A stretch of DNA of 64,000 nt from Bacteroidales bacterium. GTDB taxonomy: Bacteria > Bacteroidota > Bacteroidia > Bacteroidales > UBA3824. The DNA lies in contig JAGCVU010000003.1 of assembly GCA_017962175.1 (NCBI GenBank), positions 21-64,020 on the forward strand, given 5' to 3'. The stretch's first letter is position 1. Each line of letters opens with the position of its first letter. Below, piece by piece: positions 46,665 through 55,348 of this stretch. The notes under the pieces are model-generated. The model made no database searches and had not been told where the DNA came from. It saw only the letters and a program-made list of their open reading frames with translations. The position numbers were made by a program, and so were the translations under genes.

Positions 46665-46810
46665 AATAATGTTTCTTTTTTTGGTTTTTATCACTAGTAA
46701 ATATTGGCGTAAAGGTACAAATAATAATTTATTGGCATACCTTAAAATAGTTTTTTTTTTGACATCGCTGCAAAAAATCGGCATTGTATTTGTTTTATTA
46801 AAAAAAACGC

Positions 46811-46818
46811 TAACTTTG
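46811..46818 (+). promoter_or_regulatory. -7 box TAACTTTG; implies a leader of about 155 nt for the sigma-factor gene
   Basis: Exact TAnnTTTG match. The next plus-strand CDS starts at 46981. Confidence 0.4.
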
Positions 46819-46980
46819 CGGCGTGGAAATCGCAAATGTTAATTTTTATCAAAAGTTGAAACATTGATGCGTATTTGCCGTAAAAGATAACATAAATTAC
46901 AAACAAAATAATGTTAAACTAAAATTTTAAGGAGGACTGCCTATCGGAACAACACTACTCAAACTATAAACTTTACAACA

Positions 46981-47571
46981 ATGAACTACAAAGAACTATC
47001 AGAACAAGAACTCATCGATCTCTTTATCTCGGGAGATGAGACATGTATCAAGGAATTGTTCCGCCGCCATAAGAGCCGCGTGTATACATACATAATGCTG
47101 ATTGTAAAAGACCGCGAATTGGCTGAGGACATCTTTCAAGAAACCTTCATAAAGGTTATCAAATCGCTCCGCAAAGGTCGTTATATGGACAAGGGTATAT
47201 TCCTATCTTGGGTGATGAGAATAGCTCACAACTTGATTATCGACCATTACCGCAAATTAAAACACCTCAAAGTTACTTCAGCCGACCAAGGTGATGCCGA
47301 CTTGTTTAATAGTCGCAAGTTTGCCGAAGGCAACATCGAAGACACTATGGTTCAAAACCGTATCGAGCAGGAGGTTCGTCAACTTATCAACCTTCTTCCC
47401 GACGACCAAAAAGAGGTTATTTTGCTAAGACATTACGGCGATATGAGTTTCAAAGAGATAGCAGATCTTACTAATGTAAGCATCAACACCGCTCTCGGTC
47501 GTATGCGCTACGCTCTTATCAACCTCAGAAAGATTATTGAGGAAAAGAAACTTTCGCTTACAGCATTTTAG
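46981..47571 (+). CDS. RNA polymerase sigma-70 family (ECF-type) sigma factor
   Basis: 196 aa. Region 2 (DIFQETFIKVIKSLRKGRY...FLSWVMRIAHNLIIDHYRK) and region 4 (EVILLRHYGDMSFKEIADLTNVSINTALGRMRYAL). Confidence 0.85.
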   Translation: MNYKELSEQELIDLFISGDETCIKELFRRHKSRVYTYIMLIVKDRELAEDIFQETFIKVIKSLRKGRYMDKGIFLSWVMRIAHNLIIDHYRKLKHLKVTSADQGDADLFNSRKFAEGNIEDTMVQNRIEQEVRQLINLLPDDQKEVILLRHYGDMSFKEIADLTNVSINTALGRMRYALINLRKIIEEKKLSLTAF

Positions 47572-47616
47572 ATGATTATTGAAGATTTTTATTTTTGTTA
47601 ATTTTTTGAGGGTTAT

Positions 47617-47645
47617 AGCCGCGCTGAGAAGTGCGGCTTTTTTTT
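47617..47645 (+). terminator. Rho-independent terminator of the sigma-factor gene
   Basis: AGCCGC-GCTGAGAAGT-GCGGCT followed by T8. Confidence 0.75.
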
Positions 47646-47646
47646 G

Positions 47647-48303
47647 TTAGTTTAATTTGTCGGGGAAAACTGTTACCATAAAAATTACCGATGCACCAAA
47701 TAGCATAACACACACACCTGTAATTTTATTAATCCACATTATATGACGCGGACCTATTTTGTTGCGGAAAATATTTACCACCAATGCCAAAAATGCCCAC
47801 CAAAGCACAGCTCCGATGATAACACCGAGCAAGAGAAATGATGTTTCGAGCGGAGGAGTTTCGTTGCTAATGGCTCCCGATGCGGTAAACAATATACCAA
47901 AGGAAAGAATGGTTAACGGATTTGATATCGTGAGTCCAAAACTCGCTGCAAAATCGCCCAATACTCTGGCTTTTGATGTGGTATTATTTAGTTTTTTGTT
48001 CTCTTTCCACTGTTTTACAGGATTTTTTCTAAAAATATTGAACCCTAAAGCTAACATCAAAATGCCGCCGATAATGCCGATTACCATGCGGTGATTAACA
48101 AAAAAATCGGAGATAAACGAAAGACTGAATCCTGTTACCACAGCGTAGAAAAAGTCGCCAAACGCTGAGCCTACGCCCATAAGGAAACCTTGCCAAAAAC
48201 CTTTCTGAATAGTTTTCTGTACGCATAATATTGCAACTGCCCCTATGGGACAGGCGGCTAAAAAGCCAATGCTAATTCCTCGTGTAAATACTGTAGGATC
48301 CAA
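47647..48303 (-). CDS. LysE-family amino-acid exporter
   Basis: 218 aa with about six TM segments. The N-terminal GxxxGxxxAxPIGAV block is LysE/RhtB-like. Confidence 0.75.
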   Translation of the reverse strand: MDPTVFTRGISIGFLAACPIGAVAILCVQKTIQKGFWQGFLMGVGSAFGDFFYAVVTGFSLSFISDFFVNHRMVIGIIGGILMLALGFNIFRKNPVKQWKENKKLNNTTSKARVLGDFAASFGLTISNPLTILSFGILFTASGAISNETPPLETSFLLLGVIIGAVLWWAFLALVVNIFRNKIGPRHIMWINKITGVCVMLFGASVIFMVTVFPDKLN

Positions 48304-48393
48304 TTTCGTATTATTTTATTTCGGGCGTCAAATATAATGAACTATTGAATGTAGTAAAAATATATCGTGTTATTTTTTTCTAAATAATACAAG

Positions 48394-48423
48394 AAAACGG
48401 GCAGAAATATTTCCGCCCGTTTT
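48394..48423. terminator. terminator downstream of gldJ
   Basis: AAAACGGGC...GCCCGTTTT stem-loop, A-rich before and T-rich after. Confidence 0.65.
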
Positions 48424-48459
48424 CAACTGTCATTTTATTTATAAAACTTTTGCTGTTTT

Positions 48460-49995
48460 TTATTTCTTGCCAACACCGCCCGGGCTACCTACGCGGATCA
48501 TAGCACAACGGAAACCGAGGTCATCAGATGATTTGTCTTGCTGCAAGAATCTTCTTGTGCCGGGAACCATCCAGTATACGCGGTCTCTCCATCCACCACC
48601 TTTGTAAACTCTTACACGGTCGTTTACAAGAGATGTAATTTGGTTTTGAGCACCTGTGGTGTCGATTTTGTTGTGATACATACGCTCAGAACCTACGTCT
48701 GTTGCACCAGACTGACCAGCCCAATCGAGACGGTTGCTACTTGAACGAAGGTCACCGTCTTTGTAGTTGATGTTGTCAGCGGTTTGATAGTTGATGCGAT
48801 CGTTGCTCTCTTCGGGAGTCATATTGCGGTAGATGATACGTCCTGTTACTTCGTCGAGCTCGTATTCGTTGTCTTCGTTTTTAACGGGAACTTGGAACAC
48901 GTTACCACGGAAGGGGTTGAACTCGTCTAAGTCGAGGTTTGTGCAAGCACGGTAAACGTCGAGAACCCATTCGTTAACGTTACCAGCCATACAGTATAGA
49001 CCGTAATCGTTTGGCCAGTAGCTGTCAACAGGAGCTGTAGGAGCGGCGTTGTCGTTGAGGTATCCTGCTACACCCATAAGGTCGCCTCGTCCACGCTGCA
49101 TATTGGCACGGAAAAGACCGCGGTTGGCTTTTTCGTCGTTACGAACATAGTGTCCGTTCCAAGGATAAAGACGTTGGTTAACGATACGTTCGGGTGATGT
49201 AGCAGAGTTGCCGATGAGGGCGAGTGCTGCATATTCCCATTCAGCCTCGGTGGGCAAACGGTAGGAGGGAAGCATAATACCGTCCTCCATTGTAGCGTGA
49301 CGTTCACCGTCGGGCGAGTTGGGACTCTTGATGTTGTTTTTAACTGTACCGATGTATTTGCCGGCTACGTAAGCTTCAGAGTTGAAGTTGTTGGCGCCTT
49401 TTTGCTCGGGGTCGTATTCGAGAATACCGTAGTCGATAAGGGCTTTCTCGTTAACGCGGTCGGTACGCCAAATGCAGTATTCGTTTGCTTGTTCCCAAGT
49501 AACACCTACTACGGGATAATCGTTGTAGGCAGGGTGACGGAAGTAGAACTGAACATACGGTTCGTTGTATGCCAAACGTCTACGCCAGCACAAAGTGTCG
49601 GGTACTGCCTTGTTGTAGAGCTCGGGGGTCTCGTCGTAAAATACGCGGTATACCCAGTAGAGGTATTCGCGGTAGTCGAGGTTGCTAACTTCGGTTTCGT
49701 CCATGTAGTACGACGAAACTGTTACGCGACGCCTCATACTGTTCCAGTCGCTCATAATGTCTTGCTCGGCGCTACCCATGGTAAATGTACCGCCTTCGAT
49801 CAGTACCAAACCCGGTCCTGCTTCCTGCTCAACATATTCAGCAACTTCGAAACCGCCCATCTTGGGGTCGTTGTAGCCCCATCCGGTCTTGCCGGACGAG
49901 CCGCTGCGCAGCGCTACTTTGGGTCCGCACGATGATAGTACGGTTGCTCCTGCGAGTATGCCTGCCAGCATTATTATCTTCAATTGCACTTTCAT
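48460..49995 (-). CDS. gldJ: gliding-motility/T9SS-associated lipoprotein GldJ (FGE-sulfatase/SUMF1 fold)
   Basis: Lipobox LSSCG. The blocks TGWGYNDPKMGGF...GPGLVLIEGGTFTMGS...YYMDETEVSN...PDTLCWRRRLAYNE...RHPAYNDYPVVGVTWEQANEYCIWRTDRVNE match my memory of Flavobacterium GldJ better than GldK/PorK. No porLMN genes follow. Confidence 0.75.
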   Translation of the reverse strand: MKVQLKIIMLAGILAGATVLSSCGPKVALRSGSSGKTGWGYNDPKMGGFEVAEYVEQEAGPGLVLIEGGTFTMGSAEQDIMSDWNSMRRRVTVSSYYMDETEVSNLDYREYLYWVYRVFYDETPELYNKAVPDTLCWRRRLAYNEPYVQFYFRHPAYNDYPVVGVTWEQANEYCIWRTDRVNEKALIDYGILEYDPEQKGANNFNSEAYVAGKYIGTVKNNIKSPNSPDGERHATMEDGIMLPSYRLPTEAEWEYAALALIGNSATSPERIVNQRLYPWNGHYVRNDEKANRGLFRANMQRGRGDLMGVAGYLNDNAAPTAPVDSYWPNDYGLYCMAGNVNEWVLDVYRACTNLDLDEFNPFRGNVFQVPVKNEDNEYELDEVTGRIIYRNMTPEESNDRINYQTADNINYKDGDLRSSSNRLDWAGQSGATDVGSERMYHNKIDTTGAQNQITSLVNDRVRVYKGGGWRDRVYWMVPGTRRFLQQDKSSDDLGFRCAMIRVGSPGGVGKK

Positions 49996-50025
49996 ATTAC
50001 AAGAGTTTTTTACTAAATTATACTA

Positions 50026-50033
50026 CAAATATA
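50026..50033 (-). promoter_or_regulatory. -7 box (TATATTTG on the minus strand) for gldJ
   Basis: The plus strand reads CAAATATA, about 31 nt upstream of the gldJ ATG. Confidence 0.45.
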
Positions 50034-50034
50034 A

Positions 50035-50994
50035 CTAAAATGCCGGACAAATTATTGTTTCACGCCGGTTATTTTTTTTGCCGTCGTTTAATTTGTATTT
50101 TACGGCTATCTCATGCGAGCCGTAAGTGCTTTTGGTTATGGCTGATAGGTCGAAATCGTGTCCGTATCCTATTTGTATATGCTTTATTGTGGTGCCTATT
50201 GTGGCAATTAATGTATGCTGTTTGTTGTCGTTGGTTTGTATTCGGTACGAAATACCTCCCATTACTGGTGTGTTGTCGATGTATACGCCTGCCTGAATGG
50301 TATTTATGTCGTTTTGTCGTCGATACATTAGGCTTGGAATAAGGCATGGTGTGCCGTCTTCTATTTTTTTAACACCTTTTACCAATGATATTTTATGGTT
50401 GGCAAATACCGTAAATACAGTAGGAACAACGTCGTCGCCCTCAATTTTGAATTTGGCAATATTAAATGCCGCTACGCCTACTGCAGTGTGCGGTGTGCAT
50501 AGAGCCAAAGCCGCTGATGCTGATGCTGTGCTCGGCGGTGTGTAATCTATTGAGGGTTGGTTGCTATTGACACTGCCGTTGAGCGGGTCGAGCATGCTGT
50601 AATATACGAGTTCGTTTTGCTTTAGGTTGCCGATGGAATATGAACCTTCGATGGCAGCACTGCATTTGAGGTTTCGGGCAATGGTAACGGCATTGGCGTA
50701 TGATGCCGAAAAATGATGACGCCGAAATGCTCCACCGGCTGTGCCGTATGCTCTAACTCCCACGCCGCAACGTCCGAGGTTTTGAAGATATGAGGCACAA
50801 TATGTTTTGTAGCCTCCGTCGGCTGTTGGAAATTGATGACGAAGTATCATTGATATTTCGCTATTGCTGGGAATAGCTGATAATGCAGGATTGAGCGACA
50901 ACTTGTCGGCATAATATTGCGAAAAATATATGCTTTGTGCATTGATTGTTAATACGGTAAAAATCAGCGCAATGGTAGTAATCAGTGTTTTCAT
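50035..50994 (-). CDS. PorP/SprF-family type IX secretion system membrane protein
   Basis: Signal peptide, then QSIYFSQYYADKLSLNPALSA (the family QY...NPA motif). Beta-barrel-like, and ends in an aromatic residue. Confidence 0.8.
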   Translation of the reverse strand: MKTLITTIALIFTVLTINAQSIYFSQYYADKLSLNPALSAIPSNSEISMILRHQFPTADGGYKTYCASYLQNLGRCGVGVRAYGTAGGAFRRHHFSASYANAVTIARNLKCSAAIEGSYSIGNLKQNELVYYSMLDPLNGSVNSNQPSIDYTPPSTASASAALALCTPHTAVGVAAFNIAKFKIEGDDVVPTVFTVFANHKISLVKGVKKIEDGTPCLIPSLMYRRQNDINTIQAGVYIDNTPVMGGISYRIQTNDNKQHTLIATIGTTIKHIQIGYGHDFDLSAITKSTYGSHEIAVKYKLNDGKKNNRRETIICPAF

Positions 50995-51003
50995 GTAGTC
51001 AGT

Positions 51004-51627
51004 TTATTGAGTAACGCTTGTTTCGGTGCAAAAATTATTTATGCCGAATTCTTTTGCTACAGCATCGAGTATTGATTGAAAAAACTGATTGAAATCGTTG
51101 CCTATTGCATCGTAGTTTTGATTGAGAGTGTCGATGGTTTCGTCTGTTTTGGCAGGAAACGATGTTTTGCCTTCCATTATCTTGAATGCAGCTGCTACAC
51201 CTTTTATATTATAGTAACTTTTTAGACGGTTGCTTATTATAAGGTGAGGAATCAACGGCTGAAGATTTTTGGGCAGTATATCGTAATACCTAATGCAACT
51301 GCTGTAAAAATTTTGTGCAAAAAGATCGAGATCTATTTTGGAATAATTATTCCAATCTTTTGCTAAAAAATGGTCGTAGATAACGTCAACAGCCACACCC
51401 GCATATTTTCCCAGCACGGGACGAAACAGCGCAATGCTTCTTGCGGCGATAGGATGGCTGTCGGTGTAGCTGTCGATAAAACGGTGCAACCTTATTCCCA
51501 GAGCCATTTCGGGTGGGTATTTGGCGTTTACCGATATCATGCTTCCCTTGACCCAGTCGCCAACAAAGTTGCCTACCTGAGTAAGCGCATTGCTGCCAGA
51601 TAAAAATATGTGGGCAAGAAAGTTCAT
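51004..51627 (-). CDS. acpH: acyl carrier protein phosphodiesterase
   Basis: MNFLAHIFLSG...VGNFVGDWVKG...HRFIDSYTDSH is the AcpH signature. Confidence 0.8.
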   Translation of the reverse strand: MNFLAHIFLSGSNALTQVGNFVGDWVKGSMISVNAKYPPEMALGIRLHRFIDSYTDSHPIAARSIALFRPVLGKYAGVAVDVIYDHFLAKDWNNYSKIDLDLFAQNFYSSCIRYYDILPKNLQPLIPHLIISNRLKSYYNIKGVAAAFKIMEGKTSFPAKTDETIDTLNQNYDAIGNDFNQFFQSILDAVAKEFGINNFCTETSVTQ

Positions 51628-51667
51628 TCAAAGGTCTGTTTTGGTTTATAACGTATAAATACAAAAT

Positions 51668-53041
51668 CTATTCCCTTCTTAATGCGTTGAGCGGGTCAAT
51701 TTTTGCTGCTTTGTGAGCCGGATAAATTGATGCCGCAATGGTGGTGCATACTGCAATGGCTATCGACAGGAGTGCTAATTGCCACGAAAATACGAAAAAG
51801 TCGTTTTGTGTGCTAATGATGTTTGCCAATTGGTTGCGTACCAGCGATGATGCTGATTTTGCCGCCCAATATCCTGCAAATGAGCCAAAAATACCTCCTA
51901 TGGCACCGGTGATAGACGATTCGATGTAAAAAATGAGTTTGATCTGCCATTGTGTAGCTCCGATGGCTTTCATTATGCCTATCTCTTTTCTTCGTTCGTA
52001 TATTGCCATGGTCATTGTGTTGATTATGCCAAATACCGAAACCATTATGGCTATTATGCCAATGGCGGCAAGAAGCATATCAATGAGCATAAATATTTTT
52101 TCGATGTCTTCGAGTTTGTCGCCTACCGAAAATACTACAAAGCCCATCTCCTCTATTTTGTTTTTTACTGTTTTTAACTCTTTGAAATTGTATACTTTAA
52201 CGTATACCGAGTTGTATTGGTAAAGGTCGTTGTCGATGCCGTGCGATATGTCGTAAATTAGTTTTACATCTACCGAAGGAATTCTTTCACAAGTGGTGGA
52301 AGGCAAGAAAAATCCGCCCGAGAGCATTCCGGCAGTGAGGGTATTGTTTTCGGTGATGCCCACTATTTGCAATATTGTGGTATCGTTTTTAACAGGTATT
52401 TCGGGTGTGTTGAGGTCCATTTTTGACGGGTCGAACACTTTGGTGACGATTTGGATGTTGTGATTGATGATAGAATCGGCAGGAAGGGTGATGCCTCCGC
52501 TTACTTTGCCAAAATCGCCGTCGCCCTCGATTTTTATTCCAAGTTTAAACAATGCCGACTTGCTAATCACTATGCTTTGTTCGTTGTCTTTGGTGTAAAA
52601 ATGTCCGTAAGCCATATTGTCAAACGGCTTGAATGTGCCCATCAGAGCGGGAACCGATTTCATATTGGCTTTGGTGCTGCGACCGTTGAATATTACTTCG
52701 GCGTATTTGATGATTTCCGGAAAAACTACTGTTACCTGAGGAATTTTTTCAAATTCTATCACAGCCGAGTCGTTGAGCGGAACAATTTGTTCATTGTAAA
52801 TGGCGTTGCCGAGCGAACCGTAGTTTGAATAGTCGGCATCGCGGCGGCTAACTGTCATGCCGGTAAATATGTCGTTGCTTACCAGCGTGTTTGAAATATT
52901 TTGGCTGATGCCTTGTCCTATCGACACCATTGAACTGAGCGAGCCTATGCCGATAGCCACTCCGATGATGGTTACAGCGGTTCGAAACTTGTTCTGGGTC
53001 ATATTGTTGACCGCGAGCGATATGATGTCTGAAAATTTCAT
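51668..53041 (-). CDS. ABC transporter permease, FtsX/MacB-LolC type
   Basis: 457 aa. Order: N-terminal TM segment, large periplasmic domain, then the C-terminal FtsX domain (RRKEIGIMKAIGAT...). Confidence 0.85.
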   Translation of the reverse strand: MKFSDIISLAVNNMTQNKFRTAVTIIGVAIGIGSLSSMVSIGQGISQNISNTLVSNDIFTGMTVSRRDADYSNYGSLGNAIYNEQIVPLNDSAVIEFEKIPQVTVVFPEIIKYAEVIFNGRSTKANMKSVPALMGTFKPFDNMAYGHFYTKDNEQSIVISKSALFKLGIKIEGDGDFGKVSGGITLPADSIINHNIQIVTKVFDPSKMDLNTPEIPVKNDTTILQIVGITENNTLTAGMLSGGFFLPSTTCERIPSVDVKLIYDISHGIDNDLYQYNSVYVKVYNFKELKTVKNKIEEMGFVVFSVGDKLEDIEKIFMLIDMLLAAIGIIAIMVSVFGIINTMTMAIYERRKEIGIMKAIGATQWQIKLIFYIESSITGAIGGIFGSFAGYWAAKSASSLVRNQLANIISTQNDFFVFSWQLALLSIAIAVCTTIAASIYPAHKAAKIDPLNALRRE

Positions 53042-53733
53042 TGTCGGACGTTTGTGGTGGTTTTGATAATTTCGCCGTCTGATAAGAGAATCGTTTTGTG
53101 CGATACTCTGTAAGCGGTTTCTTTGTCGTGAGTTACCATTACTATGGTGATATTGTGCTTGCTGTTAAACATCTGCAAAAGCGCCATAATGTCGGCAGAT
53201 GTGGACGTGTCAAGGTTGCCGGTGGGTTCGTCGGCAAGTATTATTTTGGGTTTGTTGGCAAGTGCGCGGGCTATTGCCACACGTTGAGCTTCGCCGCCCG
53301 AAAGTTCTGAAGGATAGTGCAATGCGCGTTTGTAAAGTCCCATGTTGTATAGTAGTTCGCAGGCACGAGTTTCACGAAGTCGTTTTGGATAACCGCTAAA
53401 CATGAGTGGCAGTTTTACATTGTCGATAGCTGTGCGCCACGGTATTAGGTTAAACGATTGAAATATCATACCTACAGTAAAAGTGCGGTAGCGAGCCAAG
53501 CGTCGTTCGTTCATTTTCAATATGTTGCTGCCTTCGAATAGCACTTCGCCATCGGCACACGTGTCCATTCCGCCCAAAATATTGAGCAGAGTGGATTTGC
53601 CAGATCCCGATTTGCCTACAATTGACACAAATTCGCCTTCTTCGATGTCGAAATTTATGTCGCGCAGTGCGAAAATTTTGTTCTCTCCTTTCTTGTAAGT
53701 TTTAGAAAGTTTTTCTATTTTTATTAGTACCAA
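53038..53733 (-). CDS. ABC transporter ATP-binding protein (LolD/MacB-type)
   Basis: Walker A GKSGSGKST, signature LSGGEAQRVAIARAL, Walker B ILADEPTGNLD. It overlaps the permease gene by 4 nt. Confidence 0.9.
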   Translation of the reverse strand: MVLIKIEKLSKTYKKGENKIFALRDINFDIEEGEFVSIVGKSGSGKSTLLNILGGMDTCADGEVLFEGSNILKMNERRLARYRTFTVGMIFQSFNLIPWRTAIDNVKLPLMFSGYPKRLRETRACELLYNMGLYKRALHYPSELSGGEAQRVAIARALANKPKIILADEPTGNLDTSTSADIMALLQMFNSKHNITIVMVTHDKETAYRVSHKTILLSDGEIIKTTTNVRQ

Positions 53734-53805
53734 TTTTTTTGCTATTTTTACACCGTAAAATTACGAAAATTTTGTAACTTGTGATGCAAAAAAATATTAA
53801 TTAAT

Positions 53806-54690
53806 ATGCAGTTTAAAGATTATTACAAAATATTGGAGGTAGACAAGAATGCTACTGCCGATCAAATAAAGAAAGCTTACCGCCGTTTGGCAATGACTTA
53901 TCACCCCGACCGTAATCCGGGAGATGCCTCTGCCGAAGAAAAATTTAAGGAGATCAACGAGGCTTATGATGTGCTGAGCGATGCCGAAAAGCGCAAAAAA
54001 TTTGACCTTATGGCGGATGGTAAGGAAAATACCGAGGACTTTTACACCCGTTCGTCGCAAAAAACAACTTCGCATACCGATGATAGTTGGTTTTCAAGAG
54101 CGTCGAAAGGTGGATATTCGGAATTTTTCAACAACTTTTTTCGCAACAGTTCATTTTTCAAGGGCGACAACTTTACGGGCAAAATCACAATTTCGCTCGA
54201 GGAGGCTTATAAAGGTTCTACGCGCATTATCAAGGTGCTCGGCAAAGAGTTGCGCATAAAAATTAAACCCGGTATTCAAGACGATACTTTGTTAAAAATT
54301 CCCGAACAAGGCTATCCCGGCGTGGCAGGCGGACGAAATGGCGACCTTTATGTGCGTGTGGGCGTTGACAATAAGAGTCCGCTATTTATTCGTCGCGGCG
54401 ATGAGTTGTTTTCGGAGGTTTATGTTGATATTTATACCGTTATGTTGGGTGGATATATTATGATTTCTACTTTTAGCGGTAATATCAAGATTGCCGTTCC
54501 CGCCGGAGTAGAATATGGCAAACAGTTGAGAATCAAAGGTAAAGGTATGCCTGTATACAATACTCCCGGAGCTTTTGGCGACCTTTTTGTGAAAATAAAA
54601 TACTCGCTGCCTAAAAATATTACCGACAAGGAGCGTGCTCTTATAGAGCAACTTCGCGAGATGCGTACTAATTATGTTAAAGGCAGTTGA
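53806..54690 (+). CDS. J-domain protein, CbpA-like (no zinc-finger domain)
   Basis: J domain DYYKILEVDKNATADQIKKAYRRLAMTYHPDRN plus DnaJ C-terminal domains. The CxxCxGxG repeats are absent. Confidence 0.85.
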   Translation: MQFKDYYKILEVDKNATADQIKKAYRRLAMTYHPDRNPGDASAEEKFKEINEAYDVLSDAEKRKKFDLMADGKENTEDFYTRSSQKTTSHTDDSWFSRASKGGYSEFFNNFFRNSSFFKGDNFTGKITISLEEAYKGSTRIIKVLGKELRIKIKPGIQDDTLLKIPEQGYPGVAGGRNGDLYVRVGVDNKSPLFIRRGDELFSEVYVDIYTVMLGGYIMISTFSGNIKIAVPAGVEYGKQLRIKGKGMPVYNTPGAFGDLFVKIKYSLPKNITDKERALIEQLREMRTNYVKGS

Positions 54691-54739
54691 TTTTAGATGC
54701 AAATGTGTATATTTGCAAAAATTTTTTTACGATACAACT

Positions 54740-55348
54740 ATGAAAAATATTAGAATTATAGCACTGCTGATATTGGCATTGTCGGCTCAGACAACGTTTG
54801 CGCAGTTTGAAGATTTTGAAGACGAGGAAAAATCAACCGTTAAGGTAAACACCGACGGCACTCGCAAAACCGACCGTTCTTTTATGGATAAATATGCCTT
54901 TGGCGGCAGTTTTGGCTTTGGTTTCTCGTCGCAATTTGGGTATATTGAACTTGTTCCGTTTTTCGGCTATCGATTTAATAATTATGTAACCGCCGGAGTA
55001 ACTGCTACTTATATGTACTCGTATTATAGCACAAGCTGGAGTTACGAAGCGTTTGACAGTTCGGTATATGGCGGAGGCGTTTTTACAGATGTTTATCCGT
55101 TTAAGTTTCTTGTAGTTCACGCCGAAGCACAAGTGCTCAATTTCGACAATATTTCCGATGGTTACACTCTTAACTTTGACAACGGTCGTGAATGGGACGT
55201 GCCTTTGATCGTAGGTTTGGGTTACCACCAAAGTTTCAACGAGCGTTGCGGCATCAACTATATGTTGTTGTTTAATATAAACGATTCCAATAAGTTGCGC
55301 TACAACGTTTACTCTAATCCTATCGTTAGGATTACCTTTGTATTTTAG
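54740..55348 (+). CDS. small outer-membrane beta-barrel protein (hypothetical)
   Basis: Signal peptide MKNIRIIALLILALSAQTTFAQ. Alternating aromatic/Gly strands and a C-terminal ...VRITFVF beta-signal. Confidence 0.55.
   Translation: MKNIRIIALLILALSAQTTFAQFEDFEDEEKSTVKVNTDGTRKTDRSFMDKYAFGGSFGFGFSSQFGYIELVPFFGYRFNNYVTAGVTATYMYSYYSTSWSYEAFDSSVYGGGVFTDVYPFKFLVVHAEAQVLNFDNISDGYTLNFDNGREWDVPLIVGLGYHQSFNERCGINYMLLFNINDSNKLRYNVYSNPIVRITFVF

Noticed and set aside
46929-46935. AAGGAGG as a Shine-Dalgarno site for the sigma-factor gene
   Set aside because: It lies 45 nt upstream of the ATG with no nearby alternative start. Bacteroidota rarely use SD-based initiation.
48460-50994. Reading porP followed by an FGE-like lipoprotein as the start of a porP-porK-porL-porM-porN operon
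   Set aside because: The lipoprotein's internal blocks match GldJ rather than GldK/PorK. It is followed by a terminator and a LysE gene, not by porL/M/N.
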